From a candidate division WOR-1 bacterium RIFOXYB2_FULL_45_9 (GTDB taxonomy: Bacteria; Margulisbacteria; WOR-1; O2-12-FULL-45-9; XYB2-FULL-48-7): DNA of 64,000 nt. Under the pieces are notes generated by a model that saw only the letters and a list, made by a program, of their open reading frames with translations, was not told the origin of the DNA and searched no databases. Each line of letters begins with the position of its first letter. The stretch's first letter is position 1. The translations under genes were made by a program, and so were the position numbers. The DNA is taken from the NCBI GenBank assembly GCA_001771575.1, contig MEUD01000001.1, positions 991,277 to 1,055,276 on the forward strand. Reading direction: 5' to 3'. This document shows positions 37,718 to 46,592 of this stretch, one piece after another.

Positions 37718-39361
37718 CTAAAAGAGGTTCGGTCTTTGAGGATCGAGCTGGGCTTTCTTTTCGTAAACCTTGGCGGTCAATCCAAGACCGGCAAAATGAC
37801 GCATCGAGAGCTCCGAAACCTCCCCATTTTTAAGCTTATCGCTTAAAAAAGCGTTCCAGCGGAAGACCGAGTCGTCTAAGACCTCCAGGGGAGCGGGGCC
37901 GCACTCATCAAGCTCCAGGGCAAAAAAGTAGCGGGCCGACTGGAATAACTGCTCTTCCTGGGCGGCAGTGTCAGCCAGGACCGGGGCGTTCCAGTCCCAG
38001 AAGTAAAAATTGACCACTTCAGAGTTCAGCCGCTGAAGGTTGACCGAGATCGCGACCGGATGCCGCGGCAGAATGCTCTGGCGAAAATACCTCAAGACCC
38101 CGGTCATGTTCTCAGCCGGCCTGGCCGGGAAATAGAGCCCAATTAAGGCCGGCAAAGAAAGAAGGGCGGGAAGAAGCAGGGCGATCGCTACCCGCTTGAC
38201 TTTGAGGTCGTATTTCTCGATAAAATAAAAGAACGCGGAGGCGGCGATCATAAAGAGAAACGGAGCGATTATATAAATAAACTGTGGAGCTTTGGTGGGA
38301 ACGGTCATGGTCGCCAGGATCAAGACCGTCCAGATAAAGGTGTATAGTTTATTGGTTTTCCAGTAATGGAACGCGGTAAACGGCAGGAACAAGGCCGCCA
38401 CGATCAGCAAGCCGATCCAGGGTGAAAAAGAAAAATTCTCGATGATCGTCCGGGGATAATAAAGCAGGGACGGAACCACTCCAGGGACCGCCTCGCCGCC
38501 GGAATAGCGGAAGATCGCCTGCAGAAAAAGGAGAAACTTGCGGGCGAAGGCGGAAGTAAAGAACCAGGTCCCGGCCACGACAAACAGGACGGTGACAAAG
38601 ATCAGCTTCCGATAAGCCCACCACAAAAAAGCATAGGCCGACCGCTCTCCCTTTTTATTGAGCGCGATCACATCAACAAGGATCGGGCCAAGCTTGGCAA
38701 AAGAAACGACGAGAAAAGCCGGGATCATAAAATAAGCGTACAAATAATTGGTATAGATCGATAAACCGACCAGGACCGCAAGAATAACATAATAGGCGGG
38801 AGACTTGCGGTCTTCGGTGCTGATGTAGAAGTAATACGCGACCAAAAAGATCAGGGCCCCCAAACCTTCCAGGGTGCTCCTGGTCGCGTAACTTATCATA
38901 ATCGGAGAAGACAGGGCGAGCCCCACCGCCATAAGACCGATCAGCGAGCCCGATCTGCGGCTAAGCTGAAGCGACGCCTGGTAGATAAAAAAGAGGGTCA
39001 GGATATAGATCAAGAAACTCAAAAACCGGGCGGAGGCAAAGCTGACACCGAACAGTAAAAAAGTAAGCGAGAGGAACCAGGAATGAAGGAAAGGCCAAAA
39101 CATTTGCCGCTGGGTATCGTACCAAAAAGCACCAAAGTCCAAAGCGGTAATATCTTTATAAAGCCAGAGGCCGTAGATCGCGTGCTGGGCTTCTTCTTTG
39201 GTAAAAGCGTCGCCAAGCAAAATGCCGTTGATAAAAATAATGGAAAGAAAAACAAAGACCGCCAGGAGCGCGACAAGCAGACCCTTTTGAAAAGATGTAA
39301 GCCGCATGTAATGTATTATAAGGTGGTAAACGGCCATGGTCAAGGGCATAATAACTACCAA
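37718..39361 (-). CDS. GT-C family glycosyltransferase-like polytopic membrane protein (ArnT/PMT-like)
   Basis: About 11 TM segments with long loops, an architecture typical of GT-C/ArnT (recalled, not searched). Confidence 0.5.
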   Translation of the reverse strand: MVVIMPLTMAVYHLIIHYMRLTSFQKGLLVALLAVFVFLSIIFINGILLGDAFTKEEAQHAIYGLWLYKDITALDFGAFWYDTQRQMFWPFLHSWFLSLTFLLFGVSFASARFLSFLIYILTLFFIYQASLQLSRRSGSLIGLMAVGLALSSPIMISYATRSTLEGLGALIFLVAYYFYISTEDRKSPAYYVILAVLVGLSIYTNYLYAYFMIPAFLVVSFAKLGPILVDVIALNKKGERSAYAFLWWAYRKLIFVTVLFVVAGTWFFTSAFARKFLLFLQAIFRYSGGEAVPGVVPSLLYYPRTIIENFSFSPWIGLLIVAALFLPFTAFHYWKTNKLYTFIWTVLILATMTVPTKAPQFIYIIAPFLFMIAASAFFYFIEKYDLKVKRVAIALLLPALLSLPALIGLYFPARPAENMTGVLRYFRQSILPRHPVAISVNLQRLNSEVVNFYFWDWNAPVLADTAAQEEQLFQSARYFFALELDECGPAPLEVLDDSVFRWNAFLSDKLKNGEVSELSMRHFAGLGLTAKVYEKKAQLDPQRPNLF

Positions 39362-39454
39362 CCTACAACACGCTCATCCGCCGTTGGCGGATTCGCTACA
39401 ACTAACAACTGATTATTTATAACTACTCATTAGTTGTTGGAGCAGAGCCAAAAT

Positions 39455-39850
39455 GGAGCTGAGGGGAGTCGAACCCCTGTCCGGAAAGGCGATCACGTGA
39501 GCCGCTACGAGCGTAGCCCCTATTTTATTCTCGCTTAAGATTTAACCTGGAACGAGGGATTTCTCAAGCCAGCCGCTTAATGTTTCCCCGCTTGGCTAAC
39601 CGGCGAAGCCGGCGAGTATCCGACATAATTACATCTTGACCCGGCTCTATCGGCGAGGCCGGAAGACGGGCGACTTAAACTAGTTAAGCCGCGACAGCGA
39701 CGGGGCTAAGCACTGAAGTATTAGTCCAGGCCCAAACCACGCCACTTAATGCTTCTTTAACGTTCGCATTTGAACGGCGCCACCTTGATTTACGAGGTGA
39801 GATGACATCCTCGGCTCGCAACTCGCGCGACCACAACTCCCCGTCAAAAC
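39455..39850 (-). ncRNA. ssrA: tmRNA (ssrA)
   Basis: 5' end 'GGGGCTGTAAGGGTTTTGACGGGG' (compare E. coli GGGGCUGAUUCUGGAUUCGACGGG). 3' end '...GGACAGGGGTTCGACTCCCCTCAGCTCCA' (compare E. coli GGGTTCAACTCCCGCCAGCTCCA). The acceptor arms pair. The probable tag ends '...VAVAA*' (GTC GCT GTC GCG GCT TAA). Confidence 0.8.
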
Positions 39851-39861
39851 CCTTACAGCCC

Positions 39862-40338
39862 CTACTCGAAACTTCGCCCTTTGATGGTTTCCTGAAGCAG
39901 TCCCATGAAAGATTCAACCTGCTCTTTGTTCATTCTGGAAAGTGTTTCGGCAAATTCCTGCCAGCTCTCGGCTTCTTCCATCAGATCTTTGTTCTCTTTG
40001 ATCTTATCAATCTCTTCTTCTATCTCCTGCTGGATCCGGCGGTTGACCTCTTCCATCGCCCCCTGGGCGTTGGTCATGCCGGTCTCGGCGATCGCCCTGT
40101 CAATAATGTCTTCAAACTTAAGCTCTTTTTCTTTCGCTTCGGTCGCCAGGACCGCCAAACGGGTGGCGATCGCCTGGGCGTCAAGCTCCGGACCGCGCCC
40201 GATCCCCTGGGGGATAGGCCCTTTGGGTTGAGAGGCCGGTTTTTGCGCCGACTTATCGGTCGATTCTTTTTCCACCGGCTTTGCTTCTTTAGGAGCGATC
40301 GGAGGGGTGAAAGGTTTCTGTCCCGGTATTTCGATCAT
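39862..40338 (-). CDS. Hypothetical Pro/Lys/Glu-rich protein
   Basis: ORF with GGAGATG RBS. Coupled by ATGA overlap to the upstream small ORF. No motif. Confidence 0.45.
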   Translation of the reverse strand: MIEIPGQKPFTPPIAPKEAKPVEKESTDKSAQKPASQPKGPIPQGIGRGPELDAQAIATRLAVLATEAKEKELKFEDIIDRAIAETGMTNAQGAMEEVNRRIQQEIEEEIDKIKENKDLMEEAESWQEFAETLSRMNKEQVESFMGLLQETIKGRSFE

Positions 40339-40583
40339 AACAGCTTCATCTCCTTCAAAGCCATTTTAGAGATCAATTTGGCCAGCTCTTCCGACTTGAC
40401 CTGCTCCGCGGGGGTGAGCGCGCGCTCCTTCATCCCCTTGAACTCGTCCTGGACCAGTTTTGCCGCCTCCTTGTAGAGATCGGAAACCGTGTAAGTTTTA
40501 GCCTGGGTCTTATTAATCACGATTTTTTCCTCGAAAAGCTTTTTCAATTTCTCTTTCAGTTGTTCTACGTCTAATTGCATCAC
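40335..40583 (-). CDS. Small hypothetical protein
   Basis: The ORF overlaps the smpB 3' end by 71 nt. An alternative GTG at 40520 (after 'GAGGAAAAAA') avoids most of that overlap. Confidence 0.35.
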   Translation of the reverse strand: MMQLDVEQLKEKLKKLFEEKIVINKTQAKTYTVSDLYKEAAKLVQDEFKGMKERALTPAEQVKSEELAKLISKMALKEMKLL

Positions 40584-40971
40584 GTTTTTCGTACTTCTTT
40601 TTGGCCTTGGCCACTCCCAGATCGACCTTGGCCCAGTTACCGTCGAAATAAATCTTGAGCGGGACCAGGGTCAATCCTTTTTCGGCCACTTTCCCCATCA
40701 ATTTCACCAGCTCTTGTTTATTAAGCAATAGCTGGCGCGGCCGGAGCGGATCGCTTTTGCTCGCCTGGCCGTACGGGTTGACATGCATACCATATAACAC
40801 TATTTTGCCGTTTTCAACCCGGCCGAAACTGTCCTGGAGGTTGACCCTCCCCAACCGAAGGGATTTTACCTCATTTCCGGTCAAAACTAAACCGGCTTTA
40901 TATACCTCGAGGATAATATAATCAAAACGGGCCTTCCGATTGTCGGATATTACTTTGTAGTATTTTTCCAC
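40513..40971 (-). CDS. smpB: SsrA-binding protein SmpB
   Basis: 'NRKARFDY', 'GLVLTGNEVKSLR' and 'GLTLVPLKIYF...KVDLGVAKAKKKYEKR'. GTG start. Adjacent to ssrA. Confidence 0.9.
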   Translation of the reverse strand: MEKYYKVISDNRKARFDYIILEVYKAGLVLTGNEVKSLRLGRVNLQDSFGRVENGKIVLYGMHVNPYGQASKSDPLRPRQLLLNKQELVKLMGKVAEKGLTLVPLKIYFDGNWAKVDLGVAKAKKKYEKRDAIRRRTTEREIEKAFRGKNRD

Positions 40972-40978
40972 GCCTCAA

Positions 40979-41641
40979 TTATAACAGGTTTTCCAGGCCG
41001 TAGACCAAACCCTTGAGCCCTTTGATCTTGCGGACCGCCATGACTACCCCCGGCATGAACGATTCGCGGGAGAGCGAGTCGTGGCGAATGGTCAGGGTCT
41101 GCCCCAACCCGCCGAAGATCACTTCCTGGTGGGCGACCAGACCGGGGAGCCTGACCGAATGGATCGGGACCTCTTTCCCCATGATATGGCCGGTCTTGAT
41201 CGCGGTGCCGGAGGGCTTGTCCGCTTTCTGTTCATGGTGAAATTCAATGATCTCGGCCTTGGGCATATGCTTGATCGCTTCTTTGGCGAAGAGCATCATC
41301 AGGACGGCGCCGATCGCGAAATTGGGGGCGACCAGGCAGTTGACCTTATGTTTCTCACAAAGGGCCTGGATCTCTTTTTGGTCGTTTTCACTGATGCCGG
41401 TCGTGCCGATCACTCCGTGGGCCCCGCTCTCAAGGATCCGGCGGATATTTTCCATGACCGCCGACGGATGAGTAAAGTCGACCACGACTTCCGCTCCGCT
41501 CTGATTAATTACTTTAGCCAGATCGTCGCCAATATCGGTCTGGGCGACCAATTCCAGGTCGGCTTCGTTCTGAACCGCCCTGACCGCCTCCAGCCCCATT
41601 TTTCCCTTCGCTCCGTTAACGATAACTTTAATTTTTCCCAT
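40979..41641 (-). CDS. dapB: 4-hydroxy-tetrahydrodipicolinate reductase
   Basis: 'VNGAKGKMG', 'IGTTGI' and 'EFHHEQKADKPSGTA'. Confidence 0.9.
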   Translation of the reverse strand: MGKIKVIVNGAKGKMGLEAVRAVQNEADLELVAQTDIGDDLAKVINQSGAEVVVDFTHPSAVMENIRRILESGAHGVIGTTGISENDQKEIQALCEKHKVNCLVAPNFAIGAVLMMLFAKEAIKHMPKAEIIEFHHEQKADKPSGTAIKTGHIMGKEVPIHSVRLPGLVAHQEVIFGGLGQTLTIRHDSLSRESFMPGVVMAVRKIKGLKGLVYGLENLL

Positions 41642-41690
41642 GGCTCACCCCTCTTTTCCTCATCCACCACTCGTTTCACTCGTGGTCCCC

Positions 41691-41777
41691 CTTCTCCACT
41701 TCGTGGAGAAGGCCATTTTTCTAACCCTCTCCATCAAAGATGGAGAGGGGGGACCGTTCCGATACACATCGGAACGG
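41691..41777. repeat. Three consecutive perfect stem-loops in the dut-dapB intergenic region
   Basis: cttctccac/gtggagaag (41691-41711), ccctctccatc/gatggagaggg (41725-41749), ccgttccgat/atcggaacgg (41754-41777). Confidence 0.5.
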
Positions 41778-41788
41778 TGGGTGAGGAT

Positions 41789-42235
41789 TTATAATTTTCC
41801 CGTCGAACCAAAGCCTCCTGCTCCCCGATCGGTCGCCGAAAGCTCCGTGACTTCTTCAAACGCAATCCGCTCATATTTATTGATGATCATCTGGGCGATC
41901 CGGTCCCCCCGCTTGATCACCAGCTCTTGTTTGCTATGGTTCATCAGGATCACTCCTACCTCCCCCCGGTAGTCGGCATCAACAGTTCCGGGGGTGTTGA
42001 GGACGGAAACTCCCTGCTTGAGCGCCAGACCCGACCGGGGTCGCACCTGCGCTTCGTACCCTTCCGGCAGGGCAATGGCCAAACCAGTTGGGACCAGGGT
42101 CCAGGCGCCAGGCGCGATAATCAGTTCCTTCTCCACCGCCGCACAGAGATCCATCCCCGCGGAGTGTTCGCTCATGTATTTCGGCAGAGGCAAACCGGCT
42201 CCATGCGGTAATACCTTGACCTGAACTTTTAACAT
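41789..42235 (-). CDS. dut: dUTP diphosphatase
   Basis: 'SAGMDL', 'RPRSGLALK', '[11 protein letters not shown]' and '[10 protein letters not shown]'. Confidence 0.9.
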   Translation of the reverse strand: MLKVQVKVLPHGAGLPLPKYMSEHSAGMDLCAAVEKELIIAPGAWTLVPTGLAIALPEGYEAQVRPRSGLALKQGVSVLNTPGTVDADYRGEVGVILMNHSKQELVIKRGDRIAQMIINKYERIAFEEVTELSATDRGAGGFGSTGKL

Positions 42236-43488
42236 TTCAACTCCTTGACCGGCAGTTCGTCCAGGTCGCCGATGACGACCAGGGTCAGGTCCTCGTCCCT
42301 AAAATATTGGTTCGCCAAACGGACAATGTCGTCCCTGTCGACTTTGTTGATCGCCTCAAAGATCTCGTCCACCGTCTGGATCCGGTCATGATAGAGCTCG
42401 GAGCGGGCCATAAAACCCATGCGGGAAGAAGACGATTCAAGGCCCAGAACCATCGACCCCTTGATATACTCTTTTGCCCGGGTCAGCTCTTCCCTGGTGA
42501 TCCCCTCTTTTTTCAGATTGGTGAATTGTTCAATGATGAGCTCGATCACATACCCCAGTGTCTCTTTGCCGGTCCCGGCGTAGACGTACGAAAGGCCAAA
42601 ATCACGGAAGGGAGACGAGGCAGTATAGATGGCATAAGCCAAACCCCGCTTCTCCCTGACCTCCTGAAAAAGCCTTGAGCTCATTGTCCCGCCCAAGACA
42701 TTGTCCATCAGTGAATAGGCATACCTATCTTTGTCTCGATGGGAAGGACCTTTGACGCCGAGACAAAGATGGGCCTGTTCGGTCTTCTTCTTTTTAAGAA
42801 AAACGGCCCCTTTGATCTCCGCTTTTGATTCCTGATGCTTGAACTCTCCGCCGGGAAGCCCGTTAAAGAACGGTTTGATGAGCTCCAGCGCGTTATCGGG
42901 GACCGCGCCGGCCAGCGAAACAATAATATTGTTGGGGGCGTAGAGCCGTTTTTGGTAATTTAATATGTCTTCGCGGGAGATCGCCCCGACCGTTTCGTTA
43001 AAACCGATCGTAGGCTTCCCTAAAGGATGTCCATGCAGGATCTTTTCCGCGAACAGGTCATGGATCAGCTCGTCCGGGGTGTCTTCATACATCTTGATCT
43101 CTTCAAGGACAACCCCTTTTTCGGTCTCCATCTCCTTTGGATCAAAAATTGAGTTCAGGAACATGTCTCCCAGCACATCGGCCGCTACTTCAAGGTGTTT
43201 GTCCAGGACAACTGCGTAATACATGGTCACTTCTTTACTGGTATAGGCGTTCATCTTGCCGCCGACCGAATCAAGGGCGTGGGCGATCTGAAAAGCGCTC
43301 CGTTTCGGCGTCCCCTTGAACATCATATGTTCAATAAAGTGAGAGATCCCAGCTTCCCGGTCACTCTCATTCCCAGAACCGGCCCCAACCAAAATCCCCA
43401 TGGCAACTGAACGCATTGAAGGGATCTCTTCGGTTAAAATCCTGACCCCATTAGGCAAAACTGTTTTCTTAGCATTCGGAATAGTCAT
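42229..43488 (-). CDS. M16-family zinc peptidase (pitrilysin/insulinase-like)
   Basis: Inverted zinc motif '[11 protein letters not shown]'. Length and pattern fit the M16B family. Confidence 0.85.
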   Translation of the reverse strand: MTIPNAKKTVLPNGVRILTEEIPSMRSVAMGILVGAGSGNESDREAGISHFIEHMMFKGTPKRSAFQIAHALDSVGGKMNAYTSKEVTMYYAVVLDKHLEVAADVLGDMFLNSIFDPKEMETEKGVVLEEIKMYEDTPDELIHDLFAEKILHGHPLGKPTIGFNETVGAISREDILNYQKRLYAPNNIIVSLAGAVPDNALELIKPFFNGLPGGEFKHQESKAEIKGAVFLKKKKTEQAHLCLGVKGPSHRDKDRYAYSLMDNVLGGTMSSRLFQEVREKRGLAYAIYTASSPFRDFGLSYVYAGTGKETLGYVIELIIEQFTNLKKEGITREELTRAKEYIKGSMVLGLESSSSRMGFMARSELYHDRIQTVDEIFEAINKVDRDDIVRLANQYFRDEDLTLVVIGDLDELPVKELKC

Positions 43489-44105
43489 ATTTTGTCCTTA
43501 TACAGCCCATTTTTGATAATATACCCGGCAACCACTTTAGGGACCAGGCGGCCGATCGCCTTATGCTCTTTGATCCGCTGGCGAATATCAGACGCGGAAA
43601 TCGCCTCCTTAAGCTCGATCAGGTTCAATTTGTCCGCCTCCTTTTGCAGGGGAGGGAATTTTATTAGCCGGCGGAAAGACCTGATCTTTGACCCCGGCCG
43701 GGTCCCAATAATAAACTCGCACATTTTAAACAGCTCAAGTGGCTTGCGCCAGGAAAGGACCTCGTTGATCGAATCAAGGCCCATAATATAATAAAGCTTA
43801 GCATTCCGATACTTCTTTTTCAAAGCGACAAAAGTGTCAATGGCGTAAGAATAACCGGGACGGTCAAGCTCGATCCTGGAGAGATAATAATTCTTCCTGC
43901 CGCGGATCGCCATTTTTACCAGGCGGTACCTGCTCTCTTTGTCCAAAACCTCCCCCGGCTTTTTGTGGGGAGGGGTCCCAGACGGGATAAAAACGATCCG
44001 CTCGAGCCGGAACACCTTTTTGGCGGCCGCCGCCAGGGCAAGATGCCCGCGATGGATCGGATTAAAGGTCCCACCCATAATGCCGATCCTCTTTATTTTA
44101 TCCAT
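43485..44105 (-). CDS. nadD: Nicotinate-nucleotide adenylyltransferase
   Basis: 'IGIMGGTFNPIHRGH'. The track ORF starts at TTG 44108; the ATG at 44105 gives MDKIKRIGIMGG. Confidence 0.85.
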   Translation of the reverse strand: MDKIKRIGIMGGTFNPIHRGHLALAAAAKKVFRLERIVFIPSGTPPHKKPGEVLDKESRYRLVKMAIRGRKNYYLSRIELDRPGYSYAIDTFVALKKKYRNAKLYYIMGLDSINEVLSWRKPLELFKMCEFIIGTRPGSKIRSFRRLIKFPPLQKEADKLNLIELKEAISASDIRQRIKEHKAIGRLVPKVVAGYIIKNGLYKDKI

Positions 44106-44151
44106 CAAACCCTATTTTATCCATCAAACCCTATTTTATCCATCAAACCCT
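44093..44151. repeat. About 3.3 tandem copies of a 19-bp unit (tccatcaaaccctatttta) spanning the proA stop to the nadD start
   Basis: Read directly. On the minus strand each copy carries 'TTGATGGATAAAATA'. Confidence 0.7.
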
Positions 44152-45387
44152 GATCTGGCCGCTGCCTTCAATAATATATTTATATGAAGTCAGCTCCGGC
44201 AGGCCCATGGGACCGCGGGCGTGGAGCTTTTGGGTCGAGATCCCGATCTCGGCCCCAAAACCGAACTCAAAACCGTCGGTAAATCTTGTCGAAGCGTTGG
44301 TGTAGACCGCCGCCGCATCGACCTCGGCTCCGAATTTTTTCATCGCACCTTTATCTTTGGTCACGATAGTTTCGGAATGTTTGGTCCCGTATTTGTTAAT
44401 ATGAGCAATCGCTTCGTCCACCCCAGCAACGACCTTGACCGCCAGGACCAAACCAAGAAATTCGGTCCGCCAATCTTCCTCGGTCGCCGCTTTGATCTCC
44501 GGTATGATCCGCCGGGACTTTGGACAACCACGAAGTTCAACGCCGGCCGCCGCAAGCCGCTCTTTGATCGGCGGGAGAAAGACCTCTGCAATCGCCTCGT
44601 CGACCAGCAGGGTCTCGATCGCGTTGCAAACGGACGGGCGGGAGACCTTGGCGTTATAGACGATCTCGGCCGCCATCTTGAGGTCGGCGCTTTTTTCCAC
44701 GTAAGCGTGGCAGTTCCCCTCACCGGTCTCAATGACCGGGACGGTCGAGGTCGACACCACCGTCTGGATCAGGTTTTTCCCGCCGCGCGGGATCAAAACG
44801 TCGACATATTCCCTGGCGCGCATCAGCTCTTCCGCTGACGAGCGGTCGGTATCTTCGATTAATTGGATCGCTCCTTCAGGAATCCCGGCCTCATAGGCGG
44901 CGGCAGTAATAATTCTGGTCAGTTCAACGTTGGTCTTGATGGCGTCAGAGCCGCCCCGCAGAATGACCGCGTTCCCCGCCTTGACGCAAAGGGCGGCGGA
45001 ATCGACGGTGACATTGGGACGCGCTTCGTAAATAATACCGATCACTCCGAGCGGGACCCGGACCTTTTTTATCCTTAACCCGTTTGGCCGCCTCCACTCG
45101 CCAAGGACCTCGCCAATGGGATCGGGAAGCCCTTTAACCATGGTCAACCCATCGGCCATCGCCTTGACCCGTTTGCCATCCAGCGAGAGGCGGTCAAGCA
45201 AGGCTTTTGACAAGTCTTTTTTTGTCCCAGCTTCGAGGTCGAGTGAATTGGCCTGAAGGATGTAATCGGCGTTGGTCATAAGGGCATCGGCTATTTTTTC
45301 GAGGGCGTAATTCTTGATTTTTTCAGGAGTAACGGCTAATTTGCGCGAGGCATTTTTTGCTTTTTTACCAATAACTTCTAATAACAT
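44143..45387 (-). CDS. proA: Gamma-glutamyl phosphate reductase
   Basis: Full-length ProA-like sequence. The track ORF starts at TTG 45411; the ATG at 45387 gives 'MLLEVIGKKAKNASRKLA', which resembles the E. coli ProA N-terminus. Confidence 0.9.
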   Translation of the reverse strand: MLLEVIGKKAKNASRKLAVTPEKIKNYALEKIADALMTNADYILQANSLDLEAGTKKDLSKALLDRLSLDGKRVKAMADGLTMVKGLPDPIGEVLGEWRRPNGLRIKKVRVPLGVIGIIYEARPNVTVDSAALCVKAGNAVILRGGSDAIKTNVELTRIITAAAYEAGIPEGAIQLIEDTDRSSAEELMRAREYVDVLIPRGGKNLIQTVVSTSTVPVIETGEGNCHAYVEKSADLKMAAEIVYNAKVSRPSVCNAIETLLVDEAIAEVFLPPIKERLAAAGVELRGCPKSRRIIPEIKAATEEDWRTEFLGLVLAVKVVAGVDEAIAHINKYGTKHSETIVTKDKGAMKKFGAEVDAAAVYTNASTRFTDGFEFGFGAEIGISTQKLHARGPMGLPELTSYKYIIEGSGQIRV

Positions 45388-45392
45388 GGGGT

Positions 45393-45436
45393 TATTATAG
45401 CATAGGGACAAGCTGTAAGCTTACAGCTTTAAGCTT
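45393..45436. promoter_or_regulatory. proA promoter region: -10 TATAAT on the minus strand, overlapped upstream by a perfect 20-bp palindrome / AGCTT heptamer array
   Basis: Minus strand 'gctTATAATaaccccATG'. Palindrome AAGCTGTAAGCTTACAGCTT at 45410-45429. Confidence 0.4.
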
Positions 45437-45438
45437 TT

Positions 45439-46587
45439 TTAATTAACAATCGTCAGCTTAAACTTGCCGAGGAGCCGACCTTCGTCCCGGGCGACGATGG
45501 TCCCGACATAGATGGCGTTCCCAGCCTTGTATCCCTGGTCGGTAGTTCCATCCCAGGTCACTTTATTTATACCAGCGGAACCACCTTCAGTCGCCGCCGG
45601 GAGAATGAAATGTTTGATCCTGGTCCCATCAACCCCGATAACGTAGATCTCGATATTGGCGTCAGCCGAGAGGCCGTATTGAATGGTAACCGTTCCGTGC
45701 CTGGGGATGCTGTAAGGGCTGGGGAAAGTGAGCGGCGTGCCGACTAAGCGGAGCGGCCCCCCCATGACCTCGACCGTAGCGTATTTGGTCATTGAAGCCT
45801 GGATCCCACCGGAAGCGGCAGTCTTGGCCGATACCGCAAAGGTGTGGAGCCCGTCGGTCAATGGCTCGGTGACCGTGTATTTTAAGCTCAAGGCGCGGAT
45901 CAACTCCGTGGCCGAAGCGAGCGTTTTGCTGGTAACAAAGGAAGCTTCCATCTGATAGGTCTTGGGACTTGTCGATTGCGGGTCCAGGATGATCGTGTAG
46001 TCGCTGACGTTGTCGGAAAGGGTATGCGGCTCATTGACCGACAGGTCAACTTTGATCGTCGGATTAGCTGAAACGATGAACGGATCGCCCTTTTCAACCA
46101 GGGCCGGCTGATAGAGGCGGTTGCCGAACCAGATCTTCATCCCCATTTCGGCGTCGCCTGCCGGCGGTGAGATCCCGCCCCCCAAAACCAATGTTAGGTC
46201 AACCTGATCCCACCCCTTGCCGGAGATAGTGACGTCAGTTGGGTTGGCCCCGTAATTATCAGGCCCTCTTTCGGTGGCAACCTTATAAGTTTTTCCCACG
46301 GTCAGAACCGCCGGCCAGATCGACATGGCGTTGACCATGAACTTGGTGCCGTAAATGGTGGTGGTAACGTAATTTCCACTAACAAGCTCTGCCTCGTTCT
46401 CAAAAAAGTAGACGATCCGGCCGTCAGCCAGAATGTCGGCCCCGGCGCCCGACTTGGCATCCGGGCAATTACCGACCACCCAATAACCGGGGGTCATAAA
46501 CTTGAGCTGTGTCGCAGGCGTTGCCACCTGCGCGAACGCGGCTGAAGTCAAAACCAACAAACCGATTATTAAGGCTAGTCTCTTCAT
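45439..46587 (-). CDS. Secreted paralog-family protein with C-terminal FlgD-Ig/T9SS-CTD-like domain
   Basis: Signal peptide 'MKRLALIIGLLVLTSAAFA'. 'YWVVGN' N-module. C-terminal 'IEIYVIGVDGTRIKHF...VTWDGTTDQGYKAGNAIYVGTIV...KFKLTIVN'. Confidence 0.7.
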   Translation of the reverse strand: MKRLALIIGLLVLTSAAFAQVATPATQLKFMTPGYWVVGNCPDAKSGAGADILADGRIVYFFENEAELVSGNYVTTTIYGTKFMVNAMSIWPAVLTVGKTYKVATERGPDNYGANPTDVTISGKGWDQVDLTLVLGGGISPPAGDAEMGMKIWFGNRLYQPALVEKGDPFIVSANPTIKVDLSVNEPHTLSDNVSDYTIILDPQSTSPKTYQMEASFVTSKTLASATELIRALSLKYTVTEPLTDGLHTFAVSAKTAASGGIQASMTKYATVEVMGGPLRLVGTPLTFPSPYSIPRHGTVTIQYGLSADANIEIYVIGVDGTRIKHFILPAATEGGSAGINKVTWDGTTDQGYKAGNAIYVGTIVARDEGRLLGKFKLTIVN

Positions 46588-46592
46588 ATTTA

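Noticed and set aside
39684-40476. ORFs 39684..39917(-) and 39802..40476(+) overlapping the tmRNA
   Set aside because: The region is explained by the ssrA RNA. The plus-strand ORF is also antisense to a better minus-strand ORF.
41081-41794. 237-aa plus-strand ORF antisense to dapB
   Set aside because: dapB on the minus strand has unmistakable motifs.
45410-45436. Rho-independent terminator for the minus-strand gene ending at 45439
   Set aside because: The T-run follows the palindrome only on the plus strand; on the minus strand the A-run precedes it. It is more likely an operator or REP-like element.
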